From: Patescibacteria group bacterium
Lineage (GTDB): Bacteria; Patescibacteriota; JAHJAL01
Assembly (NCBI GenBank): GCA_049322675.1
Contig: JBMORM010000014.1
Location: 15,896-79,895 of the forward strand
Direction: 5' to 3'
DNA: 64,000 nt
Shown: one piece after another, positions 54,053-63,729 of the stretch
How the letters are laid out: every line of letters begins with the position of its first letter
Numbering within the stretch: position 1 is the first letter of the stretch
Program-made: the position numbers and the translations under genes
Notes under the pieces: generated by a model
The model's input: only the letters and a program-made list of their open reading frames with translations
Databases searched by the model: none
What the model was told of the DNA's origin: nothing

Positions 54053-54790
54053 TTAATTACTCCTGATCAAACTATCTTTAATTGCTACTTGAGCCGTATC
54101 ACAAGGATTATCTAATAAATATTTTTCAACGATTTCCGATGAATCAATTTTTTCTATCAATCCTTTTATTAATTTAAAAAAAATTACATCCTCTGCCTTA
54201 TCTAGTTGGGTCAAAAAAGGAATTCTCTCCATATAATCAAAGTATTCGTCGATTTCGCTTTGAGAAAAACCCTGCGCTCGAAAATAACTGCAAAACAAAT
54301 TATTGATTGAAATATATCTATGTAAGATATCATTTAATTTCTCTTTTTTTCCCGGATTGTCGCCGTACAATTGATTGATTTGTTCTTTAAAAGACCAAGT
54401 TTTTTCATCGGAAAAAAAGAAACCAAAAAATTTTTGGAATAAAACACGTTCAGTCGAATTGAAAAGAGAAGATTTCTTTTTGATCTTATGATTAAATTTT
54501 GTTTCTTGGTATAGCTGAATAAAATCAAGCAATTTATAGGTAAAATCCAATTTTTGTTTTTTCTCAAGTATCTCTCTGATTTTTTGCTTGCTGACAGCAA
54601 AAAAATCCGGTCCAAAATCAGTTGAGTCAAAATCTCTTTTTAAAATTGTAGCATCAGTTACTCCAAAGGCATTTTGAAAAATATTCACAAAAATCGCGTG
54701 GTCAGTTGTGTCTTGTTGCTCCTTGTTTTTTTCTATGCGACTCTCCCTAAGGATTTGGGAAAAATCACCGCTTAAACTAGATATTGACAT
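54053..54790 (-). CDS. Hypothetical protein
   Basis: 245-aa ORF, no motif recognised. Confidence 0.7.
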   Translation of the reverse strand: MSISSLSGDFSQILRESRIEKNKEQQDTTDHAIFVNIFQNAFGVTDATILKRDFDSTDFGPDFFAVSKQKIREILEKKQKLDFTYKLLDFIQLYQETKFNHKIKKKSSLFNSTERVLFQKFFGFFFSDEKTWSFKEQINQLYGDNPGKKEKLNDILHRYISINNLFCSYFRAQGFSQSEIDEYFDYMERIPFLTQLDKAEDVIFFKLIKGLIEKIDSSEIVEKYLLDNPCDTAQVAIKDSLIRSN

Positions 54791-54928
54791 AGTATAATAA
54801 TTAATTGGTTCTATAGTATGTTTTGATAGATAATACTATTTATACCAGAAATGTCAATATTCGTATCAAAAAAGTATTGACCGATTGATTATATTAATCA
54901 ACAATGCTCCTGTATTTAAAATATTTTT

Positions 54929-55297
54929 ATGAACGAAAAAATCACTCCAATCTGGAAAAACCACCCTGAAAGACAATCTTCAATTGAAAACAAACTGATA
55001 GACAAAACAAATAATTCTGAAACATCCGAAAAAAAACCTGAAAAAGAAATATTTCATTTTTACTTTTCATTATCAGAAGAAAACCATATCATTGACTACG
55101 AAAAAATTGAACAAGAAATTGTCAATCACGATAATTTTTCCGGTCATAAATTGATATTTTTTAAGGTTAACCCATATCAGGCATTTCCGAACTACAAAGC
55201 AGTAATTTCTTATACCAATCGTTTCCGTAAAAAAGTTGGAGTATATGAAATAGTAGTTGGGCACAACAATAATTGGAAATATTTATCTAAACAGTAA
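54929..55297 (+). CDS. Hypothetical protein
   Basis: 122-aa ORF. Confidence 0.55.
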   Translation: MNEKITPIWKNHPERQSSIENKLIDKTNNSETSEKKPEKEIFHFYFSLSEENHIIDYEKIEQEIVNHDNFSGHKLIFFKVNPYQAFPNYKAVISYTNRFRKKVGVYEIVVGHNNNWKYLSKQ

Positions 55298-55372
55298 TTT
55301 GAGGTCAAAAAATATTGAAAAAAATAAAAACAAATGTTACAATAAACAGATTTATAATAAAAAAACAAAAAA

Positions 55373-56809
55373 ATGCCCCTATCTATAGAAGAGAAAAAAA
55401 ACACCGATAACACTTCCCGGCCAGAAACCGGAAGTATGTCATATAATCTATATGGGGAAGAAAAGGATATTTCAGGAGCAATAGATAATAATCCAATCGA
55501 TTTTTTTCAATATTATAAAAGCATATTTGAGATAGAAACCGGGCAAACATTTGATGACCAATTATGGCTGAAAAAAACCAAAGAAATAAAATACGCGTAT
55601 AATTTAATCCAAAAAAATATAAATTTAGATGTTAAACAATCGGAAATTAATAACCTCTTTCTCAAGACAGCAGGCGAAATAAAGGAAATTTTTCATCTGG
55701 AAACATACGACCGCAACCAAAATATTCCATTGGGTGTTTCTGAAATAATGAATAGATTTGATCGGTTAAAAATACCTGAAAAATCTCACCTTTTGTATTG
55801 TCGAGATTTTATGAAAGATATATTCTCTGCCTCCAATATTATTGTAGATAAATATGGAAGCAATCATCCCTTTCGTCGAGCTACTAGATCAATCATTAAC
55901 CACTGCTTGCCCGATATCAAATACATTGATCCAGCAACTGGTCTGGATATTAGTTTGGACAATTATTTTGACGAAAGAAATAGAATTGATTCGGGTTTGG
56001 CCCGTTCTAATCCAAATTTTTTAAAATCAATACTAGAAGGAGATCCAAAACTGATAAATAATCCCGAATATTCCAAATATCTTAATGCTCTTGCCAACAT
56101 CTTGAAAAAAATTAACCAGTCCTATGACATAGGTTATATTCAGACATTAACTGTTGAATTTTCCCAATCGCATCACAACGAATTGACCACCAAAGAACCG
56201 GAAAAAAGGCATGAAATGAAAGAAAATGAATTAGGTAAAATTGATGAGATTATGAATTATCTTTGTTCTAGTCATGATTTAAAAGAATTTACCCTCGCCA
56301 ACAAGGAAAAACTGAATGGTATTATTCATATGATAAATCAGAAACACAGTATTATCGGTCCTAGTGACAAAATTTTCAGTCCAATATCAACGACATTCAA
56401 TAAAGACAACCCGTTGATAAGTAAGGAAATAATTGAAAAGATCATTGGTGAAATTAGTTTTTCTGAATTAAATCAAAAAGTTGGTGAATTTCAAGGGGTA
56501 ATCAAATCATTTGTTTCCGAACTTGATCCAAATTCTGACCTCAAATTTATTGATTTGCCGGCAAAGAATCCAAATGAAAAAGCAGAAATTGTTTCTGAAC
56601 TTGCTCAATTGCAAAAAAACATCGATCAAGAATTTTCTCAAGATGATATAACCGCAAAAAAAGTAAAATATATTTTACTTTATGATTATATTTTGCTTAA
56701 ATTTACCGATTCTTTGAACAAGTCTTCTGAATTTAATCAAGAACAAACCATTCAACCTGAAGAAATTTTTTCACACGAAACTGTTGATTCGGAAAAACTA
56801 GCCGCCTAA
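55373..56809 (+). CDS. Hypothetical protein
   Basis: 478-aa ORF, no motif recognised. Confidence 0.75.
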   Translation: MPLSIEEKKNTDNTSRPETGSMSYNLYGEEKDISGAIDNNPIDFFQYYKSIFEIETGQTFDDQLWLKKTKEIKYAYNLIQKNINLDVKQSEINNLFLKTAGEIKEIFHLETYDRNQNIPLGVSEIMNRFDRLKIPEKSHLLYCRDFMKDIFSASNIIVDKYGSNHPFRRATRSIINHCLPDIKYIDPATGLDISLDNYFDERNRIDSGLARSNPNFLKSILEGDPKLINNPEYSKYLNALANILKKINQSYDIGYIQTLTVEFSQSHHNELTTKEPEKRHEMKENELGKIDEIMNYLCSSHDLKEFTLANKEKLNGIIHMINQKHSIIGPSDKIFSPISTTFNKDNPLISKEIIEKIIGEISFSELNQKVGEFQGVIKSFVSELDPNSDLKFIDLPAKNPNEKAEIVSELAQLQKNIDQEFSQDDITAKKVKYILLYDYILLKFTDSLNKSSEFNQEQTIQPEEIFSHETVDSEKLAA

Positions 56810-57720
56810 TCAATCGTTTCCACCATCTCCCGCCACTTCTCCGCATATTCTCCTCTCTTTCCCTCCGGATGGAATTTCAAAATATTTTTTGAAGCCATGG
56901 CTCCGTCGATATTGTCGACTGGGGTCTTTTTTTTGATCTTTTTCAGTTGTGATTTTTCCAGAAACATTTCTACCAAATCACCAAGCCAACCGGACAATAT
57001 TATTTCCCCCAACTTACCCCACCAATTTGGCTTATCAGTGTTCAATAGAGGATTGATCATCTTGGTATTGGGAATAAATTTTTCCACCCATTTATTTTTC
57101 CGCCAGAAATTCTCCGCCACTTTCATATCGGTCCCATAAATCGGCCGAAGCCATTTGAGCCAGTACATTAGATAAATATCATTTTCGTCTATCAACAGTT
57201 TTCGAAAATTTATGTAATTTTCGGTAACGTAAAAACTCAGACAAAACCGGTTGGCGACGTTTTTGCCGTGCCGCCATTTTCCCAAAAGAAACATCCAGCC
57301 AGTCAAAATAACCCGTGTAGTAAACAAGCGGTTCTTTTTGGTTATCACCAGCAAATCAATATCCCCATTTTCTTTGGCGTTACTAAACCCCAATGTATTA
57401 CTCACTCCCACCAGCTTAATAAACGGCACGAGCCGAAAAACCCAGCGATATTTCTCCACCATCCGCCATTTGTGGTAGGAAAATAAATATCTCTTTTTTC
57501 TTATATTAAACAGCTCTCCCCGCCCTGCCAGACAATAAAAACCATCGGCAAAATCTATTTTATTTTCTTCGCGCAAAACATCAATTGTTTTCAAACAATC
57601 ATTTAAATCGCATTTAACCCCCCACAAATTGTCAAAAATTTCCATATTGGTCAGCGGAAATTCAAACAAATCATAGAAAGCCAAGGTGGCGAGGATGGAG
57701 TTTTTGATGGGGGTTATCAA
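56806..57720 (-). CDS. Nucleotidyltransferase-fold protein with N-terminal winged-helix-like region
   Basis: VPFIKLVGVSNTLG..GDIDLLVIT, RFCLSFYV. Confidence 0.75.
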   Translation of the reverse strand: MITPIKNSILATLAFYDLFEFPLTNMEIFDNLWGVKCDLNDCLKTIDVLREENKIDFADGFYCLAGRGELFNIRKKRYLFSYHKWRMVEKYRWVFRLVPFIKLVGVSNTLGFSNAKENGDIDLLVITKKNRLFTTRVILTGWMFLLGKWRHGKNVANRFCLSFYVTENYINFRKLLIDENDIYLMYWLKWLRPIYGTDMKVAENFWRKNKWVEKFIPNTKMINPLLNTDKPNWWGKLGEIILSGWLGDLVEMFLEKSQLKKIKKKTPVDNIDGAMASKNILKFHPEGKRGEYAEKWREMVETID

Positions 57721-58362
57721 GTTTAAAAGTTATCAAGTTATAAAGTGAGAACGTTTTAACGTATAAACGTATGAACGTTCATGCATTTATACGTTTATAC
57801 TTTTATATATTCTTTCTTAAAACCTTAATAAGACATGCGATCATTGAAGAAATTTTCTCGCACTTATCTTTGATTATTACAAAATCATTAGTTTTAATAT
57901 ATAACAATTTGTTGGCAAGATATAATTGTGTTTTAAGCTCCGAGCATGAACCCTTCGATATGTACAAAAATCTTACAAACTCTTTCTTGGTCCCTCTTTC
58001 AAAACCTTCTGCAATATTACTTGGGATAGATACTGCTGCTCTTTGCATTTGTTGTATTAGTCCATAATCATTTCTAAATAAATACTTATTATTAGTTTGT
58101 TGATAAATCACTTCAACCAAAATCATACTTTCTTGCCATACTTTTATCTCTTCTACTTTTTTAAAAAAATTCATATTATATTCTATTTACATTCTTGCTT
58201 TTATGCCCTTTACAAATTCAAACTAAATAATATCATTTGTTTATTAAAAAAAAATTAAGTAAAATTGAATCTAGGAGCGTATAGACGTGCAAACGTAAGA
58301 AAGTAAAAACGTTCCCACGTTCATACTTTCCCACTTTCCCTCCTTATAACTTTATAACTATA
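57718..58362. repeat. Family B repeat cassette enclosing the four-helix-bundle gene
   Basis: Left arm aagtttaaaagttatcaagttataaagt..aacgtataaacgtatgaacgt; right arm acgttcatactttcccacttt..ttataactttataact. Confidence 0.8.
57803..58174 (-). CDS. Four-helix-bundle protein (23S rRNA IVP / Avd-like family)
   Basis: KVWQES, QMQRAAVSIPSNIAEGFER, FLYISKGSCSELKTQL. Confidence 0.95.
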   Translation of the reverse strand: MNFFKKVEEIKVWQESMILVEVIYQQTNNKYLFRNDYGLIQQMQRAAVSIPSNIAEGFERGTKKEFVRFLYISKGSCSELKTQLYLANKLLYIKTNDFVIIKDKCEKISSMIACLIKVLRKNI

Positions 58363-58372
58363 TAATTACTTC

Positions 58373-59629
58373 ATGACCATCCTCGTTACCGGATCAGCCG
58401 GATTTATCGGCTTTCATACTACTCTAAAACTGTTACAAAACGGGGAAAATGTTATTGGTCTGGACAATTTCAATGATTATTATGATCCGGCGCTCAAAGA
58501 AGCGCGCAATCAGATCTTGGAAAAAAATCCAAACTATAAATTATACCGTGGAGATCTCGCTGATTTGAACTTTCTCAAGAAAGTACTGGATGAAAATAAT
58601 ATTGAGAAAATATGTCATCTGGCCGCACAAGCGGGCGTCAGATATAGTCTGACCAATCCACATGTTTATTCCCAAGCCAACTTAACCGGATTCGTCAATT
58701 TGCTCGAAGAGGCAAAAAATCATGGGATTAAAAATTTCATCTATGCTTCAAGTAGCAGTGTGTACGGAAATAACTCTAAAGTGCCGTTTTCCGTTACCGA
58801 CTCAGTCGATCGGCCAATTTCGCTTTATGCTGCTTCCAAAAAGGCCAATGAACTCATAGCTTACACTTACCACCACCTTTACAATCTCAACTGTACCGGC
58901 CTACGTTTCTTTACCGTTTATGGTCCCTGGGGACGTCCCGATATGGCCTATTTTTCCTTTACTCGCGATATTCTCGATCAAAAACCAATCAAAGTTTTTA
59001 ATCATGGGCAGTTGCAACGCGATTTTACCTATATCGATGACATTGTCGCCGGTATTTTAGCCAGTCTCAATCATTGTTATCCTTACGAAATTTTCAATCT
59101 AGGCAACAATAAACCAGTCGAGCTCGGTCGTTTTATCTCAATTATTGAAAAGGAACTGGGCCAAGAAGCACTTAAAGAATATCTTCCCATGCAACCCGGA
59201 GACGTATTAATGACTTGTGCAGATATCGATTATTCCCAGGAAAAACTAGGATACAACCCAAAAACTACCATTGAAGAAGGTATAAAGAAATTTGTTAATT
59301 GGTATAAAGAGTATTATTTACTAGATTTTAAACCTGAATATAAAATACAAAATCCAGAACTGAGGCAATTGATTCGTCAAGTAAGTGTACAAATTATTAA
59401 TATTTTCAAAAACTCCCCTCCCGTTTTCCAGAATAAAATTCAAGAAAAATGTTTAGAGCTGGCAACTAACATGGTTAAATCAAATACTGATCCTTATCTT
59501 GTTCCTGAAATATGTCAAGAAATAGAATCTACCCTAGACATTGCAGTTGACCTATCTTTTATCTCAATCGACGACCACTATTCTATTTCTCAACAGTTAA
59601 AAAACATCAGCCATCTGTCAGAAAAATAA
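58373..59629 (+). CDS. UDP-glucuronate 4-epimerase-like extended SDR with an extra C-terminal helical domain
   Basis: GSAGFIG, HLAAQAGVRYS, YAASKK, FFTVYGPWGRPDMA; ~100 extra residues after WYKEYY. Confidence 0.93.
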   Translation: MTILVTGSAGFIGFHTTLKLLQNGENVIGLDNFNDYYDPALKEARNQILEKNPNYKLYRGDLADLNFLKKVLDENNIEKICHLAAQAGVRYSLTNPHVYSQANLTGFVNLLEEAKNHGIKNFIYASSSSVYGNNSKVPFSVTDSVDRPISLYAASKKANELIAYTYHHLYNLNCTGLRFFTVYGPWGRPDMAYFSFTRDILDQKPIKVFNHGQLQRDFTYIDDIVAGILASLNHCYPYEIFNLGNNKPVELGRFISIIEKELGQEALKEYLPMQPGDVLMTCADIDYSQEKLGYNPKTTIEEGIKKFVNWYKEYYLLDFKPEYKIQNPELRQLIRQVSVQIINIFKNSPPVFQNKIQEKCLELATNMVKSNTDPYLVPEICQEIESTLDIAVDLSFISIDDHYSISQQLKNISHLSEK

Positions 59630-59659
59630 TTTAAATTGAATATCCAATTTTTGCCAAAG

Positions 59660-59700
59660 AAAAAAGCCGGGTCTAGTAAACGACCCGGCTCTAATTTTTT
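59660..59700. terminator. Terminator between convergent genes
   Basis: agccgggtc-tagtaaac-gacccggct. Confidence 0.75.
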
Positions 59701-59741
59701 AGGCGGAGTGGCGCCTTTAATTTTATTAAATTTTTTAAAAA

Positions 59742-60569
59742 CTACTGCGGCATTACGCCGCTTTTTAAAAATTCAGTATCGAATCCAGCCTGAGAGAGCA
59801 AAAAGTCTTGTCTCTCTTTTTTAGAGCGCATCTTCTGAAGATGTCGCTCCAAAAGTTCTGGATCTGTGGGGAGGATGTACTCACCACCCACACCATCAGG
59901 AACAACAACGGCAAGACAGGGGCCGAACTCTTGGGTCAGACGGGCAAGAGGAATCACTTCCTCAACGCCCTGAATCCTCTTGAACTCTGCTTTCTTAAAA
60001 GTTTCACTTTCTTCAGATGTTAATTTTTTCGCCAGGAAGTCAAAGCCACCGAGAGAAAGAAGAGCCAAGTTATCCCATAAAAGGAAGGTGTTTGCCAAAC
60101 GGCCTTCCTTTATTGATTCTGTCAATTCATTAATTGCCAAGCCTACGGCTTTGGCACCAGAATCGAATTTTTCGATCATCTTTTCTATTATCCCAGGCGT
60201 CATATAGGAGTGGACGTCTGGTGACATGATTAGGCTGTAATCGATTCCATTGCGAAGTTGTTTTGCTACTCCGTAATTTAGAATCCCACAAAATAAGTCA
60301 AAGTTTTTGACTTCTTCTATTTCCACGCATTCAAATTCTGCAAGGGCTTCTTTCATTGCTGGGACCGTTTTTCCGCAGTCGGAATCCTTGAACCTCGGAC
60401 TAGACCAGACTAAAATATCAGTCCTGGAAAAAACTTTTTCGCCGCCTACTTCAACTGCCAGCACCTTCTTAACTGTCTCCTGGACCATCTTTACTCTTTT
60501 TTCCACGTCCTGTTCTTTCGTGGCGTATGTACGGAGAATTACTCCGTATTTTTTGTTTTTACTACACAT
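59742..60569 (-). CDS. Hypothetical protein, possible divergent GT-A fold; paralog of 60847..61746
   Basis: ILRTYATK, LNYGVAKQLR..DYSLIMS, EGRLANTF..W, GGFD, EEVIPL shared with the neighbour. Confidence 0.75.
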   Translation of the reverse strand: MCSKNKKYGVILRTYATKEQDVEKRVKMVQETVKKVLAVEVGGEKVFSRTDILVWSSPRFKDSDCGKTVPAMKEALAEFECVEIEEVKNFDLFCGILNYGVAKQLRNGIDYSLIMSPDVHSYMTPGIIEKMIEKFDSGAKAVGLAINELTESIKEGRLANTFLLWDNLALLSLGGFDFLAKKLTSEESETFKKAEFKRIQGVEEVIPLARLTQEFGPCLAVVVPDGVGGEYILPTDPELLERHLQKMRSKKERQDFLLSQAGFDTEFLKSGVMPQ

Positions 60570-60846
60570 TTAAAATTCCCCCTTGTTTTTTGTTACACCC
60601 TTCGGCAGAAAAGATTTACCGAAAGGTATCAAAACATGAAAACACTCTGCGACCACTCCCGCTCATGTTTTCATTTTTAATCTTTATTTTTTTAACGAAC
60701 AAAAAACTCCAGCTTTCAATAAATAACCAATACAAAAACTCGCAATTGATTACTTATCGCTGGAGGTTTTTTGACAACAAAATTACTACAAAATACTTTT
60801 GTAATTTCTACTCATTGCCAAAAAACTTCCAGCAAGCAAGTAAAAA

Positions 60847-61746
60847 TTACAACGTACTATCGATTAAACCATTTTTTAACAAAGATGGTTTTTTATTAAC
60901 TGAATCCAACATGGCGGCCTGTCTCTTCAACTTGGTCGCCATCTTGGCAATATGTCGTAAATATAATTTAGAATCGGTTTTAGGATCAGGTATCTGATAT
61001 TTTTTCAACCCTTCTCCTGCCGGACTAACCGAAGCCAGACATTTACCGTATATCTCAACCAACCTTACTAAAGGAATAATTTCTTCCGTCCCGGCCAATT
61101 GGTAAAAAACTTTTCCGTGTTTCTCGTGATGACCTTCCACGTATGCGTGTTGCGGAGATGTATTTTCCTCATTTCCTTTGTTGGGTGGAAGTTTAGCGGC
61201 ATGCAAATCAAAACCGCCGATACTCATCAGTGAGACATTGTGCCAGCAGCAAAAAGTATTGGCCAAACGACCTTCTTGAACAAATGGCGCCAATTCGTCC
61301 ACTTCCACTCCGATCGCTCTGGCTTTATCGTCGATCGCTTGCAATATTCTTTCTATTGTTTCCTGATTGAGATACGACTCCGCCTCCGAAGACATGATAA
61401 ATGAGTAATCGACTCGATCACGCAGTTGTTTGGCGATGCCATAGTTTAACAAAGTGCAATACAGATCACCATTTTTTACTTCGGAAACAAAAACTTTTTT
61501 CTGCTTGTATAAAGCATCTCTTAAGGTTCTAGTCGTCAAACCGCAATCAGCGTCATCAAATCGATCATCGGCCCACACCAAAACATCGATCCTGGAAAAA
61601 AAAGATCGATCACCTTGTTCTAAATTCAATTTTTCGGCTTTCTTTATCGTTTCGATAACCTGCTCAACCCGCTTGATTACATCATCGGGTTTTGTAGCAA
61701 AAGTACGCAGTATCAATCCGAAGCGTTTATTCTGTGCATTTTTCAT
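60847..61746 (-). CDS. Hypothetical protein, possible divergent GT-A fold; paralog of 59742..60569
   Basis: ILRTFATK, LNYGIAKQLR..DYSFIMS, EGRLANTF..W, GGFD, EEIIPL. Confidence 0.75.
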   Translation of the reverse strand: MKNAQNKRFGLILRTFATKPDDVIKRVEQVIETIKKAEKLNLEQGDRSFFSRIDVLVWADDRFDDADCGLTTRTLRDALYKQKKVFVSEVKNGDLYCTLLNYGIAKQLRDRVDYSFIMSSEAESYLNQETIERILQAIDDKARAIGVEVDELAPFVQEGRLANTFCCWHNVSLMSIGGFDLHAAKLPPNKGNEENTSPQHAYVEGHHEKHGKVFYQLAGTEEIIPLVRLVEIYGKCLASVSPAGEGLKKYQIPDPKTDSKLYLRHIAKMATKLKRQAAMLDSVNKKPSLLKNGLIDSTL

Positions 61747-61991
61747 TATTGATCCTTGGTAGTCTCCAAATTGTCAGTTAAATAATTTAGAGAATTAGAT
61801 TAATAAAAATATAATTACAAACCCAATTATAAACATGGCAAATTTCTTGTCAACGACATTTTTATTTTTTTATGATTAAAAAAATTTGTGAAGCATAGGT
61901 AAAGTTTAAAAATCAATATAATTAGAGTGATATAATAAAATCTAATATTATTAGTCTTTCCTTCATTATTTTTGGATAAATATTTTTTCAA

Positions 61992-62813
61992 ATGAAATTA
62001 TCAATCACCGGCAGTCGCGGGATGTTGGCGACTGATTTAAAAAATATCGCGAGCCAAGCAGGTCATGAGACGATTGGCTGGGACGTTGATGAATTGGATA
62101 TCACCAATCAAAGTCAAGTTCAAACAAAAATTGATGAAATAAAACCAGAAGTCATCATCAACTGCGCCGCCTACACCGCCGTCGATCAGGCCGAAACCGA
62201 ACGGGAAAAATGCCGCACCATCAATGTCGATGGCGTAAAAAACTTGGTCAATATTTGCCTTGCGCAGGATATTATTTTGATCCAAATCAGTACTGATTAT
62301 GTCTTTAACGGTCAAAAAGCCAGTTACAACGAAGATGACCCCAAAGACCCAATCAATTTTTACGGTCAAACCAAAGCCGAAGCTGAAGAATATATTATTA
62401 AAAAATTAAGAAAATATTATCTCGTCCGTACCTCCTGGCTTTATGGCAAAAATGGTAAAAATTTCGTAGAAACCATTAGCAAATTGTGCGCCGAAAAACC
62501 GGAAATAAAAGTAGTCAACGACCAAATCGGCCGCCCTACATTTACAGGTGATCTCTCCCGGGGAATTTTAAATTTATTGAAAAATAAAAAAGAATTTGGC
62601 GTTTATCACCTCACCAACGACGGCCAGTGTAGTTGGTTCGAATTTGCCCAAGAAATCGCCCGTTTGCAAAACTCGCCCTGCCAAATCTTACCCTGCACAA
62701 CCGCCGAATTTCCAAGACCAGCCAAAAGACCGCGGTATTCGGTATTGAATAATAAAAAAACGGACAAACTGAGAGAGTGGAAAGATGCATTGAAAGAATA
62801 TTTGAGGAAATAA
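61992..62813 (+). CDS. rmlD: dTDP-4-dehydrorhamnose reductase
   Basis: NCAAYTAVDQAE, ISTDYVF, YGQTK, VVNDQIGRPT, PAKRP. Confidence 0.97.
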   Translation: MKLSITGSRGMLATDLKNIASQAGHETIGWDVDELDITNQSQVQTKIDEIKPEVIINCAAYTAVDQAETEREKCRTINVDGVKNLVNICLAQDIILIQISTDYVFNGQKASYNEDDPKDPINFYGQTKAEAEEYIIKKLRKYYLVRTSWLYGKNGKNFVETISKLCAEKPEIKVVNDQIGRPTFTGDLSRGILNLLKNKKEFGVYHLTNDGQCSWFEFAQEIARLQNSPCQILPCTTAEFPRPAKRPRYSVLNNKKTDKLREWKDALKEYLRK

Positions 62814-63157
62814 ATTTCCAATTTTCAATTTCCAGTTTCCAAAAAAGGCTCAATTTCCAATTTCCAAACAAAAAGATGTCATTCTGGAGCCGAAAGCGTA
62901 ATCGCGCTTCGACGTCCTTAGATCCAGAAAGATAATGTTCGTGTATTTGATATTTTCATTAAAGGGTTATTTCTTTGTGTCTGGATCCTGGATATTGGAG
63001 CGGATTACCTTCCAGCTCCAGGATGACACAGTACGTTGAATTCACTGGAAATTGGTCATTTCCGCCAGAGGCGGATCAGCCTTGGGCTGAGGAAATTTTT
63101 TGAAAATTGGAAATTGCCAGCAGCAGTTCGGTCCCGTGAGGGAAAAATTGGAAATTT
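62812..63157. repeat. Family A heptamer hairpin with three nested elements
   Basis: Arms at 62812-62870 and 63046-63157; the nested palindromes are described in findings. Confidence 0.85.
62877..63028. repeat. RPE-like palindromic element (GTCATT..GATCC / GGATC..GATGAC)
   Basis: TGTCATTCTGGAGC ... GCTCCAGGATGACA terminal IR with inner GATCCAGA/TCTGGATC. Confidence 0.75.
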
Positions 63158-63183
63158 ATTTACGTAAACTTTTTGCAAAATAT

Positions 63184-63729
63184 ATGAAAATTCAAAAAAC
63201 CTCAATTACCGACCTAATAATTCTCCAGCCCGACGTCTTCGCCGACGAACGTGGATATTTTCAGGAAACATACAATCAGACGAAATATCGCGAATTGGGT
63301 CTGCCTGACTTTGTCCAAGACAATGAATCCATGTCGCAAAAAGGAGTTTTAAGGGGATTGCATTTGCAATTGCCACCGCACGGCCAGGGCAAATTGGTTC
63401 GCGTGATTACCGGGGAAGTTCTGGATGTTGCTGTCGATTGCCGCCCGAACTCGCCGACGGTTGGCCAACATTTTTCAATTATCTTGAATGGCGAAAATAA
63501 AACCCAATTTTACATCCCACCCGGTTTCGCCCACGGTTTCGCTGTGTTGAGTGAGAAAGCGATATTTAGTTACAAGTGCACCGCTTTTTGGAATAAAGAA
63601 GCCGAACGAGGAATTGTTTTCAACGACCAAGATCTCAACATTGATTGGAAAATAGACAATCCGATTTTGTCGGGCAAAGATAGGAAAAATAGAAGTTTTA
63701 AGCAGTTAATGGAAGAAGTTGGATTGTAA
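63184..63729 (+). CDS. rmlC: dTDP-4-dehydrorhamnose 3,5-epimerase
   Basis: DERGYFQE, FVQDNES, GVLRGLHLQ, PPGFAHGF; start moved downstream of the repeat. Confidence 0.97.
   Translation: MKIQKTSITDLIILQPDVFADERGYFQETYNQTKYRELGLPDFVQDNESMSQKGVLRGLHLQLPPHGQGKLVRVITGEVLDVAVDCRPNSPTVGQHFSIILNGENKTQFYIPPGFAHGFAVLSEKAIFSYKCTAFWNKEAERGIVFNDQDLNIDWKIDNPILSGKDRKNRSFKQLMEEVGL

Noticed and set aside
57803-58174. Diversity-generating retroelement (Avd-like gene)
   Set aside because: No reverse transcriptase and no TR/VR pair with A-specific mismatches seen in the window
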